Below, piece by piece: positions 38,324-52,514 of a DNA stretch of 64,000 bases (positions within the stretch are counted from its first letter, which is position 1; every line of letters starts with the position of its first letter). The DNA is from Geosiphon pyriformis uo1 (taxonomy: Eukaryota; Fungi; Glomeromycota): positions 64,977 to 128,976 of the forward strand of contig JAAOMT010000047.1 in assembly GCA_016748015.1 (NCBI GenBank), read 5' to 3'. The position numbers and the translations under genes were made by a program. The notes under the pieces were generated by a model. That model saw only the letters and a list, made by a program, of their open reading frames with translations, did not search any database and was not told the origin of the DNA.

Positions 38324-40331
38324 ATGTCTTTACTACAAAAGCTAAAGAGCACGAGGCGAAGTTCAAGTATACATCGTTCTCAATCCATATCATCACCATT
38401 ATCATCACCACCAGTCGTAAAAGTTTCTACAACAGAACCTCACCAAATCTCCTCACAACCTTCAACTTTACCAAAAATGTCTGCTTTCAAAAAACTTCAT
38501 ATTCCCTTCTGGCATAACAACGCAAAAACTGCTCCCGTAAAAGACCAAGCACTAGTCGCTGCTGAAGAAGAATTGAAAGCTGCCTCTACTATTTCACCTT
38601 CATTACCGTCGATAAAGAGAAATCAAAAAACTTTGAGCATTCTTCGTACAGACGTTGGAAGGCGTACAAATACTATTTGGTCTGAAACTGTTGACGAAGA
38701 TTTAATACAACATTTATCTTCGATGGAGCAGAATCGTCAGGAGGTACTTTTTGAAATTATCCAAACTGAGTCCGAGTGAGTATTTTTGAATTTTTATTTA
38801 TGTGATCTTTGAATTTCGTTTGCTTCTATTTCTGGTTTTTCTCCCAATTCTTTCCCCAAAATTTTTCCTCCATTCTCAACTATTTTCCCTCGAAAAATTT
38901 CCTTTTCGACACTTTTCATTTCTGCGTTACTCTATCATCGCACAGCCCTTGTAACCCTTGTGACTTTTTAGTGTTCAAAAAGTTTTTAAATGTAACACCA
39001 AGCATTCATTTTCACCCCCCCCTGCATATAAAATTATCTACCCGTGTATTCACCACCACCACCACCACCACCAACAACAACTATGTACTCGATATTTTTT
39101 CCTTGTGTGCAATTTTTAATTCTAGATGCCTTTTTAATAGAACTTTTGATTGGTTTTTTTTTTCATTTCCCCCTTCTTCATAACGAAATTAAAAGGCAAC
39201 CAACCAACCAACAATACATATACATACATAGATACATACATACATATATATATGCGTACACATTACCTTTCATTTCATCCACTAATCACCTGATAATTTT
39301 CTTCTAATTCATAGATACGTTCGTGACCTTAAATTAATTGAGCAAGTTTTCATTCGACCAATTAAAGCTGCCGAGGCTAAATATCCACACAAAAATATCA
39401 TACCACCAAATCTTAACAAAGTTTTCAATTCTATCTCTTACTTTTTATTCATTCATGAGGTGATCAGTAACGTAAGTGATGAAGAATTTTACAATCATTC
39501 AAAACCATATTTTTAGACTTTTTTTAATTCAAAATCTATCCATCTTTTTTCAATACTATCTAGTGCTTAAATGAACGTCAAGAACATCAATCACCACTAG
39601 TAAGAAGCATTTCTGATATTCTTTTGGCTTATGTATGGATCTTTCGTGCCTATGCTCCATACCTCATTCACTACGAAGAAGCATTGAGTGAACTTAATGA
39701 TTGTTTACGTCACAAGACAACTCTCGGAAAAATTGTAAAGAAACAACAAAAGGTTGCTTCATGCCGAAACATGCCATTGACTACCTATTTGTTAAAGCCG
39801 TTCCAACGTCTCCTACAATATCCACTTTTGGTCCGAAATTTACTCAAGTACACTATACGGGAAGTTGGATCAGATTACGAGAACCTTATCACCTTACGAA
39901 CAAAACTCGAAACAGTGCTTCGAGATATTGAAGAACAAAAACGTGCACATGAAAATAAAGAACGGCTTCGAGCTCTTGAAGCTAGAATACAAGGCCTTTC
40001 AGGTTTTCGTTTGGCCGTTGATAATCGACTTTTGATTCGAGAAGAACCTGCTTGTCAAAATTCAGTTTCCCTGGAAAAACAACCATCATTACGAAGATCA
40101 TTGACGGTAACATCATCACCATCAACAAATTTAAAACGGCACTCTGTTCGAAATCTTTATACGCTCGAGTGCAATGATATCGTTCTTTTGGTTGAAAAAA
40201 CTGGTGAAACGCGAGATGGTGAAGCCATATATCGACTTCTATCTCGACCACCAACAACACCTTTAGACGAAGAGCCAGTGATCATTCATAAACCACAAGA
40301 TTCTGGAATTTTTTATGATGATGATGAATGA
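38324..40331 (+). CDS. Dbl-homology (DH) RhoGEF with partial PH domain (~458 aa)
   Basis: Exons 38324-38775, 39315-39471 and 39564-40331. DH motifs: RQEVLFEIIQTESEYVRDLKLIEQVFIRP, AYAPYLIHYEEAL, LTTYLLKPFQRLLQYPLLVRNLLKYT. PH-like RLLIREE...YTLECNDIVLL follows. Confidence 0.92.
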
Positions 40332-43300
40332 GAAAGAGAGGACATTGCGAAGGTCGTCTGTGCCTAAAATTCTAGAAATTTTTGTTGGAAATTTTCGGAA
40401 AAAAACTTTTCATTCATAATCAAATCTATTTGGCAAGACGATCGTATTAATGGACCCTATATAATATCGCTCTCAATTCCCATATATATATATATATATA
40501 TATAATAATCTTTGTATTCTTATATACATAATATCCCGCAGGCGGGTCTATTACTTAAATACCCGTCTGAACTTGTAAATTTTTAATAATCCCTTGCAAA
40601 TTTCACAAATTATAGTCCATTTTCATCTCAATCGTCTCTTTCCCGACAAAGTTCGTCTCTTTCAATCGAAATTTAAATTCCAATCTTCTCCCATTGGCCA
40701 TTGGCGTTGATATCGATATTCCGTCGATTTCTTAACGTTGAATCGGCTTTTGGTTTCCGAACATGTGTTAAATACCTCGGTCAGGATATTTCACATTAAC
40801 CCCTGACTTCCACGATTCCCGAATGATTGATGGCTCGATTGTTGTCGTGATATTGCTAAGAAGATCAGTGGTGTGGTGTTGATTTCAGATTTTATTTTCT
40901 TAATAGAGTTGTGAATATAGATTCTCTCTTCTATCACCTTAGTTTTTTTACCATCACCATCTTTACCTTTACCTTTTTCTCTCTTTAGACCAAAAAATTA
41001 TCCAATAGATTTCCAAAAAATAGACTTTTCATCCCCCCCCCCCCCACACTATCTCACCCCCATCTTTTTAATAATCTACCTTATTATTAACGCCCCTTTT
41101 TTCCAATCAACACCATATCATTGTGATTTGCCGCTATGCCGTGATTTCAACCGTTGCTCTTGACGAACCTGAGATAGCGTTTTTCCCGCTTGCGAATAAT
41201 TCTACTGGTTCTTGCTCTGATGTATATATCGAGATCTTTGACTATCATAGGATTTTGGAACACGACTCATCCTAGCATTCCTTATGCGTTGATGCTCAAT
41301 TCAAGCTCCGAATAATATGATTTGAATCCTTTCAACAATAGCCTTACATTCGTCCTTCACCATCGAGATTCCATTCACATCCACTATTTTAATGAATTGT
41401 GTGCCGATCGTTAAAGACAATGAACTTTTCCCTCGACCAACCACAGCCACCCAAGATTAGTCAAATTCGCAATTCTTTTTTTAAAATTCCCTTGCTCCTT
41501 ATCTCGTTTTGATTTTTTCTCTCCTTGCGTTATTCTATGCCATTCGCATTCCTTTTCGTTTATTAATTAGTCTTTTTTTTTTCCCACCTCTTTAATTCCC
41601 TTTGTGGCAAATAAGTTTTTTTCCGTTTTCTAAATTCAATTCAAAATTCCTTTTTCATATGATTTCCCGTTTTATGTATTTTTTTACCCAGAAATTTTAT
41701 CATCTTTTCACTAACCTTTCTTTCTTTCTTTCTTCTTCATTGGATTGAAGAATACGTACTCGATAGTTTGCTTTTTTCTTGATATAACGCATTTCTTTTC
41801 ATTCCATTTTACCATATCAAGCTATCGTTTTATTACGCATTCAATTTTACACTTTCTTTTATCCCGTCTTAAATATCTTTTCTTCGATATCAAAACGAGA
41901 CCTGATCTAAAATCACCCTTTTTTCAAAGATTTACCATTTAAAACAATTATAGTATCTTCCCTAAAATCCGTCCCGCTTTCTTATTTGATCTTTTCATGG
42001 TTTGGCTATTATCTTTGGTTGGTCCGTTAGTTCCAGTCTTGGCTCGAAACGTGTTACACGATCCTTTTTATTCACCACACAATTCAAGAAAACACAGGAC
42101 ACGCTCAAAATGGGTCCAGAAGCAATCAGTGATGAAATCTTCTTTTTGATGAGGATTCTAATCGTGGACTTTTTAGTCAAAGCTTTTTTTATGCATCCTT
42201 GTCGTATTTAGCTAAAAGGTTCCCCAATTTAGGAACACAGTGTTAATCGGGGGATAATTAGTAATAGCTGACATAGTGTAATTAAAAAGTGATCATAGTA
42301 GCGGAAAGAAAATCAAAAAGAAAAAAGTATTTATTGTTTACCCATTGTTTCCCATCAAAAAATTCGACTTTTCCAATTCATCTTGATTTATAGAAAGCCT
42401 TTTTGTTCCCTTTGTTTGGTTTGGTTTGGTTTGGTTTGATTTGATTTGATTTGGTTTGTTCTTGGCTCATAAATCAAGTAGTTTATTGAAAGTCGATTTA
42501 GCAAGTAAAACAGAAATTGAAAAATAAAATATTCTGAAAACAAGCAGCGATACTACCCGATACTATCCGATATAAAATTGAGAATGAAAAATTTGATGCT
42601 GAATTACGTTACTAACAATTGAGCGATCATATATATATATATATATATACATGATAAAATGACAATAATGCTTGTACAAACATAAGTGTACTTATCTATT
42701 AAAGATGATAAAAAAAATGATATTACAATAACTTGCAATATTAAGGTTATATTCTCATAAGGATATTTAATCTTACAATTGTGAAGAGTGTGATTATTTT
42801 TCCAAGATTTAAAAAAATATTTGTTTTAAGAATAATAATTTTTTATTCAGGTATTTTGAATATTATAAAAATTTTTAATATATTAAATATAAAATTGGTA
42901 AAAAAGTATAAATTAAACCATTTTTTTTCTTTTCTTGTTTTGGTATACAAATGCTAAATCTTAATGCTTTTTAGTGAAAAAGATTTGATCTTTTTTAACC
43001 TAACTGGGATCTTTTGTAAAGCAAAATCCTCAAAGCTCGAGGCGAAATAACGTCAATGTAAACAGATGGGTGAAATATTTTCACTCCGAGATTTACAGCC
43101 AAGCATTACCTGATTAAGATATTCAACGGAGCGTTGAAATCTTTGATCGCCCTTAATTGTATTCGATTCGCTATTTAGTATGTATCTATTTATACCTTCA
43201 TTGTTTCCTGTTTGTCAGATAAAATATATTCCATCCTTGACGGATGTTTCTTTTTCCCTGAGACAAACAAATTTTAAGGTTACGATCAATTACATTACTA

Positions 43301-46300
43301 ACTTCATTATTTGAAAGTTCAATCCAAAAACCGCTATCAAAGAGAAGGAGTGGCGTTCTTTATTTATTTATTTCACAAGCCATTTTAGCTTGCATGCATC
43401 ACATTACATCGCGTACATCTAAGAAGCAATAATACTATTATCAGGAATAACAGTTTATCAATTGTTGCCCGAACCTACAACGAATTGTGAAAACTTCGGG
43501 ATTTTGCGTATACAAAATACCATTTTAGTTGACAAGAGTAAAAGACTTTTTTTTTTCTTTTTTTTTTTTTTTTTTTTTTTGTAAAAAAATTCTCTCGATG
43601 ACGATTATTAGAAAGGGGATTTTCTTTGGCGCGCATATGATTTTGAAGAAAATTCCACCGAGGTTTAAACTCTCAAATTCATGCCCAGTTTCTAGCAAAG
43701 TAGTGACGATCTGGGCTTTACACCAAACCAAAAGATATGATTCAACATATATGGCGGAAAAAGAAATTCCTTTTTTGGGTAGAAATAATACTGAAGAAAT
43801 GGTAACAATTATCATTTCATCGGTATCATTGATGGAACTTTAAAAACCAGTATATCGATAAATAATTAACTAAAAGGAATAAATGTTTAATCCAAAAATA
43901 TTGTTCATTAAAAGAATCTTTAATTATAAAAAATTATCCTAAGAAACGATAAACAATTGCTAGTCTTTGAAATTATTCAATATCTGCAATTTAATAATAA
44001 CTATTTAAAACTTAATAAGGGTACATCGAAATCCAGCTAAAAAGCTTTATGGGCAACATATGGTAATTGAACACGAGTCGTTGCTAACGTATAACCAAAT
44101 TTGAAATAATCATTCAGTCCAATGATTATAGCCTGAATTGGATATCAAAAAGCCATAATCCCAAAATTTTCGAATATTGATTAGAATTATGTGCTGTGTG
44201 GCATGAATTTTCAAGTGAAAATAAGATGATACCGCGTCGGAAAAATCGATAGAAACAAGTATTTCGAAAAAGAAATAAATTATAACAGGATTGAGAAAGA
44301 GATAGATTATAGAGTTATCGTTTTGCGACAGTTTTTATTTATATGAAAATAAAACAAAAGCACAAATAATTGAGATGAACTTTATTCGTAAGATTTCATT
44401 ATAAAACTTTTTTAGAATCAAGAGATAGAAAGTTCATATACGAATTCGAGGAAGAGATGGAAAAAATCTTGGACGAACAGTCTCCTTTTTAATTTGAACT
44501 CAGTAATGATATCTAATGTCACACACTCAGCAATTTTGATTTTTCTCGAAACGATTAAACGTCTAAAAAGAGGAATATGATCTTTAATTGAACCATACAA
44601 AGTAATAATATCTGATAAGAGTGAGCAACAAAACATTGCATAGATCATTGATTAATCCGGATTGAATTCGAAAGACCTTTTTGAATATTTCGATCGTGAT
44701 AAATATTTGTATATTAATAAACTAGTTTATCTTAAATTCTTTAGTTTTAAAAGTTCATATAAAGTATGATAGGATCATTCAATATTCCTTTGAGAGGAAA
44801 AATGATAAGAATGATGAAAAATTTTCAAAGGAATTATGAAATATACAAAATTTTATTACTATTAATTGGGTTAAATCTATTTGATAAATTGAAATAATAA
44901 TAGGTTATATGTTTTACTTAATAGTTGTATTAGACTTTTAAATAAATATTTGAATAAATTACGAAACTAATATCAAATTATTTTGTATTGAAAGTTTGAA
45001 ATATACAAAAAATAAAATTTTATTATAAAAAATTATTTAAATTTAAATTTAAATTTAAAAATTATGTTCAGTTTACAGTAAATTTTATTTGATATATATA
45101 AAATCAAAAAAAAAACATTCTTATAAAAAATAAAACCATAACAAGAATTAAATATGAATTTTGAAAAAATAAAAATATAATTAAAAAGATTTAGTTAAAA
45201 AAATCAAATTTTTTTATAATGTCAAACACATTTATTTATTACAAGACAATATCAAAAAATACATAATAATAAAATCTAATTAAATATTTTAACAGATCAA
45301 AATTATCAATTTAAAAAAATCAAGAATGAAATTAAAATAATATTTATCAGATTTTGAAACAAAATAATAGCTATTAATTATTAAAATTTTTAGTATATTC
45401 ATCTTTTGGAAATTTTCTAATATAACTTAATATATAAAAAAATATAAGCTTTATTTTATTGTCAATGAATTTAAATGAAAATAAATATAACTAATTTTTA
45501 TATATTTATACAAAACAAAATTTATAATGGAATTTTAATAAAAAAATATTTATGTATAATAAATAAAAAAAATATATTTTTATTCAATTTTTTTGGCAAA
45601 TTATTGAATATATAATTGCTAGCTACTTTATCAAGATGAAGTCAAATTACATAAATTCTATTAGGTCTAATATTTGAAGATATTTCGAATCTCAAATTTT
45701 AACCGTTTAAAATATTCTAAAGATTGGGTTAACAATTAATCATGCCATCGCTATTCTAAAGTTGTAAACGTTTCCAATTCTCCGAATTTTTGATTCATTG
45801 GGAAAAACAGCTGGGAAAACATTTTACGAATAAATATATTGTTTTTCACTCTTATTTTGAAATAAAAAGAAGGAAAAGCCGAATTAATTAACTATGGCAT
45901 AGAAAGAATTCTGCTCAAAAATATTAAACCATATCGATGAGAATAATGACATGTTTTCACAAAAATAATATTGATTTCATATAACTAGTCATCTCTCATT
46001 TTTAGATTTTAATTCCTTTTAGAATAGACCTGACTTATTGTAAATCAACTTAATTCAGTACGTTACCCCATTATTTTTTTGCCTATTTTCTTACTGCTGT
46101 ATCAAATTTGTGATCTATATTTTCTTTATAAAATGGACAAACTAATTTTTCATAGCCTAATTGAATATACCTTGAACAGATATATTAAATAAATTAAAGA
46201 GCAGAAAATTTTCAGGAAACCTTACATTTGGTAATTTTGATTCATTCGCAGATCGCCTGCGAATGAACATTAATAATGGTAAAGGCTAAGTCCCATGATA

Positions 46301-47161
46301 GGCTGCAATCGCCATTTTAGAGTTACAAGTATTAAAAACTCTTCAATGTTTTACAAAACCTAAAAATTAAGGGTTAATTTTTGCTTTCTGAATAATAAGC
46401 TTTTAATGTTTAAGAGAAATTAAATGATAAACTTAAAAAAGAAGAGGTTAGCATAGAAAAGGGAGTTCTAGGAGAATTTTCGTTGGAAATTGAAAAAAAG
46501 AATTAAACAAATCGATTTTTACCACGGTTGGAATTATTTTTATATAAAGATAAGGAGAATTAATTAATGAAGGAATAGAAATGTAAAGCCTTAGGAAAAA
46601 TTTATTTTTAAATTTCCCAGTCTTCATAATCTCTTTATTATTATTATTATTATTAATGAGGTGACACTAGAAAAATGAATATAATGTTCAAATTATGCTC
46701 TTAAACTAAATGATTACATAAGATATCTCTTTAGAAATTGCCTGAAATCGTATCTCTCCACATTCAGCTTTTTAAATGAACTAAATGATTCTGCCCACTC
46801 TCAATTTAATTAGTGGCCATGATCAAATATTTCATACAGGTCATCAGGCTTTAGTTTTAAGTAAATGATCAACCTCAATATGTCAAAATAGGTAGCTGGA
46901 TTAGGTACAGCCTTACCTCATTTCTACTATGAGAGTTGAAACTCATTGTGAAATAAATTCTTCCTTATCAGCTCAATCGTTCCTTTTAACAATGTATGCG
47001 TAATTAAAAATTGAATCAAGATTCTCAAAGTCACATTACACAAGTTTAAAACAGAAAGATTAAGTATACAGAAAATTCCAATGTCTATGCTTAATACGTC
47101 TCGACATTATATCCAAGTATGGTTCGATACAAAAAGTTTGATGCATTAAAATAATTTTTCA

Positions 47162-47209
<48 letters not shown>

Positions 47210-48390
47210 CATTATAAAAAAAATTATGTACGTTATTACTTTTTTTAGATTTTAAAAGTTCAATAAACCATATTTTTTTTATGTTACTATGCAAGGAAAT
47301 TGAACCAGTTACTAAAAATAAACCTGAAAATTTTAAAGTATAATAATTATGTATAAAATCATTTCAAATAAATTTACTATATAAAATTAGTCATAATTTT
47401 TGATAAAAAATAAATTTTTTATATAAATGTCAATAATATAAATATAAATATTAATGAAAAATATGTTAATTAATTTTAAAATAAAAAATTAAAATAAAAT
47501 ATTGAACATTAATATTTATTTTTCCAAAAAAAGAATTTGAACCAGATTATATAAGATTTAATTTTTTAATAATCACAAAACCACAGCGTTTTTTTTTGAA
47601 TAAAAAATATCTTTAACTTATAAACTCAAATAATTATTCTGAAATATAGCATAAACAAATAAATTTAAATATTTCAAGAATTTGAACCCATTTACACTTG
47701 TATCTTTAAAATACTTAAATTTGATTTCGATAATTTCAAAATTTAATGCTAAATTAAATTATTTCTTATAATTTTTTCTATTTAATTTCAAAAATTATAT
47801 TAATGTATGCAAAAATTTATTTTAGTCAAAATTATCATTTTAAATTAACCTGATATTATTTTTTTGTGATTATTTACTGTTTAAAATCTTGATGTGCAAA
47901 AATATTTGGCAATACTAAAATTTTTAGTTGGAATAAGAAACTCTTGAAACTGAATTATCTTGATCAACAAAAAATTATTTTTATATAGTAAACTTATTTT
48001 ATTTAACAATAGCTTGTTAAAATGAGATATCTTAAATTCATGCTAATTCTTTCATTAAATACAATTAAGTTTACTACTGACTATTATAAATTATATATTA
48101 CTAAATACAATTTAATCGCTACTCGCTTTAAGGGCACATTTTTCTTGCACACTTACCAATCATAATCAAAATTCTTTTGGAAAATTTCCACTTTTATCTC
48201 TTTCCTTTAAAAGGCTTTTAAAAGCCAATACAATTCAGAGTTTCTGACTACAAAGAATAGAATTAAAATTATTAATTAAAATAATTAAAAATGAGCTCAC
48301 AGTTTTCTCTCTCTCCGATTTATATCTCTCGCGTATATAGATCTTAAATTGTAAGGTTCAATTCCTTTGGTCGAGGATTTTTCTAAAATA

Positions 48391-49945
48391 TTAAGGTTGA
48401 AAAGGTCGATCTGAGGGGCATAACCCCATTAAAAATCCAAAATAGGGTCCATTGTGTGAAGATGATTCTGGAACAAGGAAAGGACTTGCTTGTTCTCCCA
48501 CATTACATCTCTGGAAAAAAAGTGAAAAAAGTATTTAACGATAAATTTTGATTGGATATTTGAACAGATTAAATTCAATCAATCTTGAAAAAATTATTAC
48601 CGGATTTTCTTCGATATATCCTCGATCTCGTATCAGTTGACCAATACACTCATATACCCAATTTAATCCACACGAGCAGGACGGTTGGATCCAATACTCT
48701 GTTTGATGGTGAACATAAAAGTCACTGCGTGTATTATATTTCGGTGGCTGTTTTGGGACATAGTCATCTGTATGCGTGACGCGAAATATTTCAGCGCCAA
48801 GAATATTCTGAACATAATTAGCGAATCCGGCATTACCAATGCGTGGCTGACCAAATGTATAAACTGAGATCGCGTATCTTGGCTTATATTTTTTAAAGTA
48901 AAGCCCTGCAAACACGGCATAAACTATAAGTTGAGAAAATAATATTTCAAAATTTTTAAAATAAAAACTTTCTCGTTAGCAATCGTAAACAATTTGAAAA
49001 GACCTCACACAATATTTTTGATTTTAATATATAACATACCACCATTAATACCATGTCCGACAAACTGAATAGGATATGGATGTGTTTCATTTTGCATCAC
49101 TCGAATCTTTTCACGTAATGGCAAAATCATTCTTTGGAAATTTCTTGACCACTTTTTATCCACTAATGTCCCAGGTATTACAATAATCTCCCCAAGCTCA
49201 TTATTAGCATAAGGAATCCAAGAGGCAAGTGGTGAAGTATCCAAGCGAGCTGCCCGATTTTGCCATTCTTCTCTACTGAGATCTGGCACCTTGAAAACTA
49301 CAAATAATTTTCTTGGTACAAAGCTTTGATAAACCTTTGCTTTTTGGATAAAAATATAAAAAAATGAGGCTTTAAAACCTCAATTGAATTTTAAATTTAT
49401 AGAAGAAATAGAATTTCATTACCAAAAAATCCATTAATCAATTGATCTTGCGGAGTTTCATTTTTATTCAAACAATAAGATAGTTGTGCATATTTTGCGG
49501 ATAGGGCCAAAGTTTCCCAAATTTTACTTTCAAATACTATCGGTCTAAAATAGGGATCTGAGACAAATCTATTTACATTGAGGTTTTTTCCAAAGTCTAG
49601 TCGATGTTGAATCTGAAATTTTTTATCTGGAGAAATAATTTGGTCTTTTAGTTGAATAAAATCGAAATTGAGATTTGATGATCGTTTAACTTGATTTGAC
49701 GAAAACTCAAAACTCTGCTTTTGAGAGCTTATTGTTTTATTAAATCCAACATATCCTTGAATAAACTGTCCATTTGGTAGTTTGCTTTTAAGGAATTTTT
49801 CGAAAAATGTTCTTTCCAGAAATAAGGTTGAAAGGACTATAATCCAAATGATGAAAACTTCACCCAAAATAAATAATATGTATTTTTTATATCCAAATTC
49901 ATACCCGTGAAATTTCTTTACTCGTGAATGGTTCCATAAGTTCAT
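48391..49945 (-). CDS. Class-3 lipase-like protein, nucleophile Ser->Gly (paralog L3, ~421 aa)
   Basis: Exons 49945-49423, 49339-49040, 48923-48601 and 48510-48391. TM segment YILFILGEVFIIWIIVLSTLFL. Motifs: YAQLSYC, FVGHGING, TFGQPRIGN, TDDYVP, EYWI, SCSC, HNGPYFGFLMGLC. Confidence 0.9.
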
Positions 49946-50442
49946 TGTATTCTTTCTTTGATCATCAATATTATCTTGCTTTAATTTTTCAAAGAAAATA
50001 ATTTGATATAAACTTCAAAATATATATATTGTGTTTCTAAAAAGGAAAATTTTAAAGATATCGACGATTAGACTTTGGTCAGAAAATCTGTAAAGTTCAC
50101 AATAAACAAAATATAATAGATTATCCTTTTTAAACATTTAAAAAGAAAATTTACGGTGCTAGATTTATCCGATGGAGAAAATTAGTCTTTCAAACTCCAA
50201 AATTTTGAACATCATATATTTTAAGGGGCAACAAATTTGATTTATCTGACTATTTGAAAAATTTTAATAGGAATTCATGATAATTTGTACTAAAAGTATC
50301 TAAATAATTAATTGCATATTGTTAGCGTGGAGCCTTTTCTTTTTGCCCTACCAATAAAACTTCTCAACAAATGGGCATAATAAGTGAGATCATAACAAAA
50401 AGGCTTTAAAATTTATTAGCTACAAATCATAAACGAAATCTA

Positions 50443-51809
50443 ATGATGAGCATTTTAAAGAAAATAAATTCCTGGAATCAGTGGCTTTTTTTTGCTTTTT
50501 TATTCTTTTGCTCATATTCTCTTATCAGAAAGACAAATGAAAGGCAGAGACTTTTCTTTATGGAAACTCAATCCAATACTTCCCTTAGCTTAATTAAAAG
50601 CGCAGAATTTTTTTTGAAAAAACCTTCAATAAAAAGTTCAGACTTCCAAGTGTCAGTTAATGAAAATATTCGTTTATTAAAAGGATTCCCGAGATGGAGT
50701 CAAAAGCAAAATTTGAGACAAAATATTTTTCAAAGATCCGATTCTCCTGGGTTTGATAGGCGAACAAATGTAACTGACCAAGAACTTTTGGATCAGTTTG
50801 AAAAAATGGCGAGATATGCACAACAAAGTTACTGTCTTTTTGAAGAGAAGGATCATTTGGAAGCAAATATTTATGGTAAAATTCAATTTTTAATAAAACA
50901 GACTTTCTTGGTCTCTTATTAAAAATTTACCTTAAATCTTGGTAACTCATTTAAACAGCAACTGTTAAAGTAGATTTTATGACTATGGAATTTATTGTTG
51001 TCATTCGAGGGGTAGAATTAAGTCGCGCCAACTGGTTTATACGACCAAACTTTTTAGTACCATATGCAGTCGATAAAATATGGAGTTGGATTCCAAAAGT
51101 TGATAATCTTTTTTACACCCATTTTACCAAAATTCAAAAAAAACTATTCGATAGAATTGAAGCCTTCCGAATTTCAAAAATCGATTGGCCAATTAAATTT
51201 GTAGGACATGGAATTGGTGGCGGTAATTATTGACTCATTTCCTTTAATTTTACTTCTGCTCAAAAAGTCATTTAAATTCTTATTATTTCAAGTATATGCC
51301 GTTTTCGCCGGTCTGAATTATCGAACCCGACTTCCTCAACTGGAGATATTTGTTTACACATTTGGTCAACCACGAATAGGGGACAAATATTTTGCACTTT
51401 ATACAAATTTTAAGCTTTCCAAGCGAGTTTTTCGGATCACATATACAGACGATTATGTACCAAAGCTCCCATTCAAAATTTTTCCACAAAGTTTTGACGA
51501 TGAGTTTTATGTTCATCATGAGACAGAATACTGGATAGCTTCAGATTGTGATTGCTACAATTCTGTGTACAAATGTGAAGGAGAATTTATTCCTGAGCTT
51601 GGGTTTTTGGATGAGTGTGGTGTGAGTATAAAAATTCAAAATTTTAAATTTCAATAATTTGTGAAACATTTTATTTGAATGGAAATTTTATTTTTCTTTT
51701 ATAGTTGTGCAATAATAGTGCTTATGAACCGAACTCAATCATCAGGGGGATTTCATCACATAATGGTCCTTATTTTGGACATTTGATGGGGTTCTGTCCT
51801 TCAGTATAG
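50443..51809 (+). CDS. Class-3 lipase-like protein, nucleophile Ser->Gly (paralog L4, ~376 aa)
   Basis: Exons 50443-50875, 50959-51222, 51293-51621 and 51705-51809. Motifs: YAQQSYC, VVIRGV, FVGHGIGG, TFGQPRIGD, TDDYVP, EYWI, DCDC, HNGPYFGHLMGFC. Confidence 0.9.
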
Positions 51810-52514
51810 AATGGTTATTTGTAAAAGTTTACATAAAATGAAAATTCTATTTTTTAAAATTTCAACATTAGATCGACAAAAGATAGCTGGAAGGAAGAAA
51901 TTCAATAAATTTCCTTATCATGCTCATAATGCATTTTACCCATCTATATCGAATAAATATCCTTTAACTCTCTATGCATAGTCGAATTTACTCTAGCCAA
52001 CTGACGCCAATTTTTAAAAAAAAATTTTTTTTTGCAACTTCCTTTAAACATTTCAGAGATTAGTTAATTTCTAAAAGAGAGAGACCACGATGAGAGAATA
52101 TTAACGTTATAACATATTTGTTATTATAGATGTAATACTTTTTCGTAGATACGTATAATTTCGGACTGAAACCACTCACAATGTCATCGCATCGCATTAA
52201 CAATAAAGTATGCGTTGATAAATATGAGTTGAATTTAATGTGCAATATGTTACAAATGTAAACTATTTTGTGAATATTAATATTAAAAGATGAATGATAA
52301 CATACAACTCGTAAGCTTTTTTTACTTTTTCAAAATTATTTTTTAAACACCGAGCAACTTAACTCATACTTTCAAAAATTGTAAAGGTTCCCAATAAATT
52401 TTAAATAATTGGAAATTATTACGCTTTCAAATAAAAAAATTTGAGAATTCATCTTTTATTTCCAACATTAGTATATCACATGCTTTTTTATCTATCGCTA
52501 TTTTCTATAATTAT

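Noticed and set aside
34294-38517. Poly-V, poly-L, poly-T and poly-H ORFs in the ORF track
   Set aside because: They are translations of trinucleotide microsatellites with no other coding signal.
43525-44648. ORFs of 76-104 aa at 43.5-44.6 kb
   Set aside because: They run through homopolymer tracts or lack recognisable motifs, and I could build no splice model.
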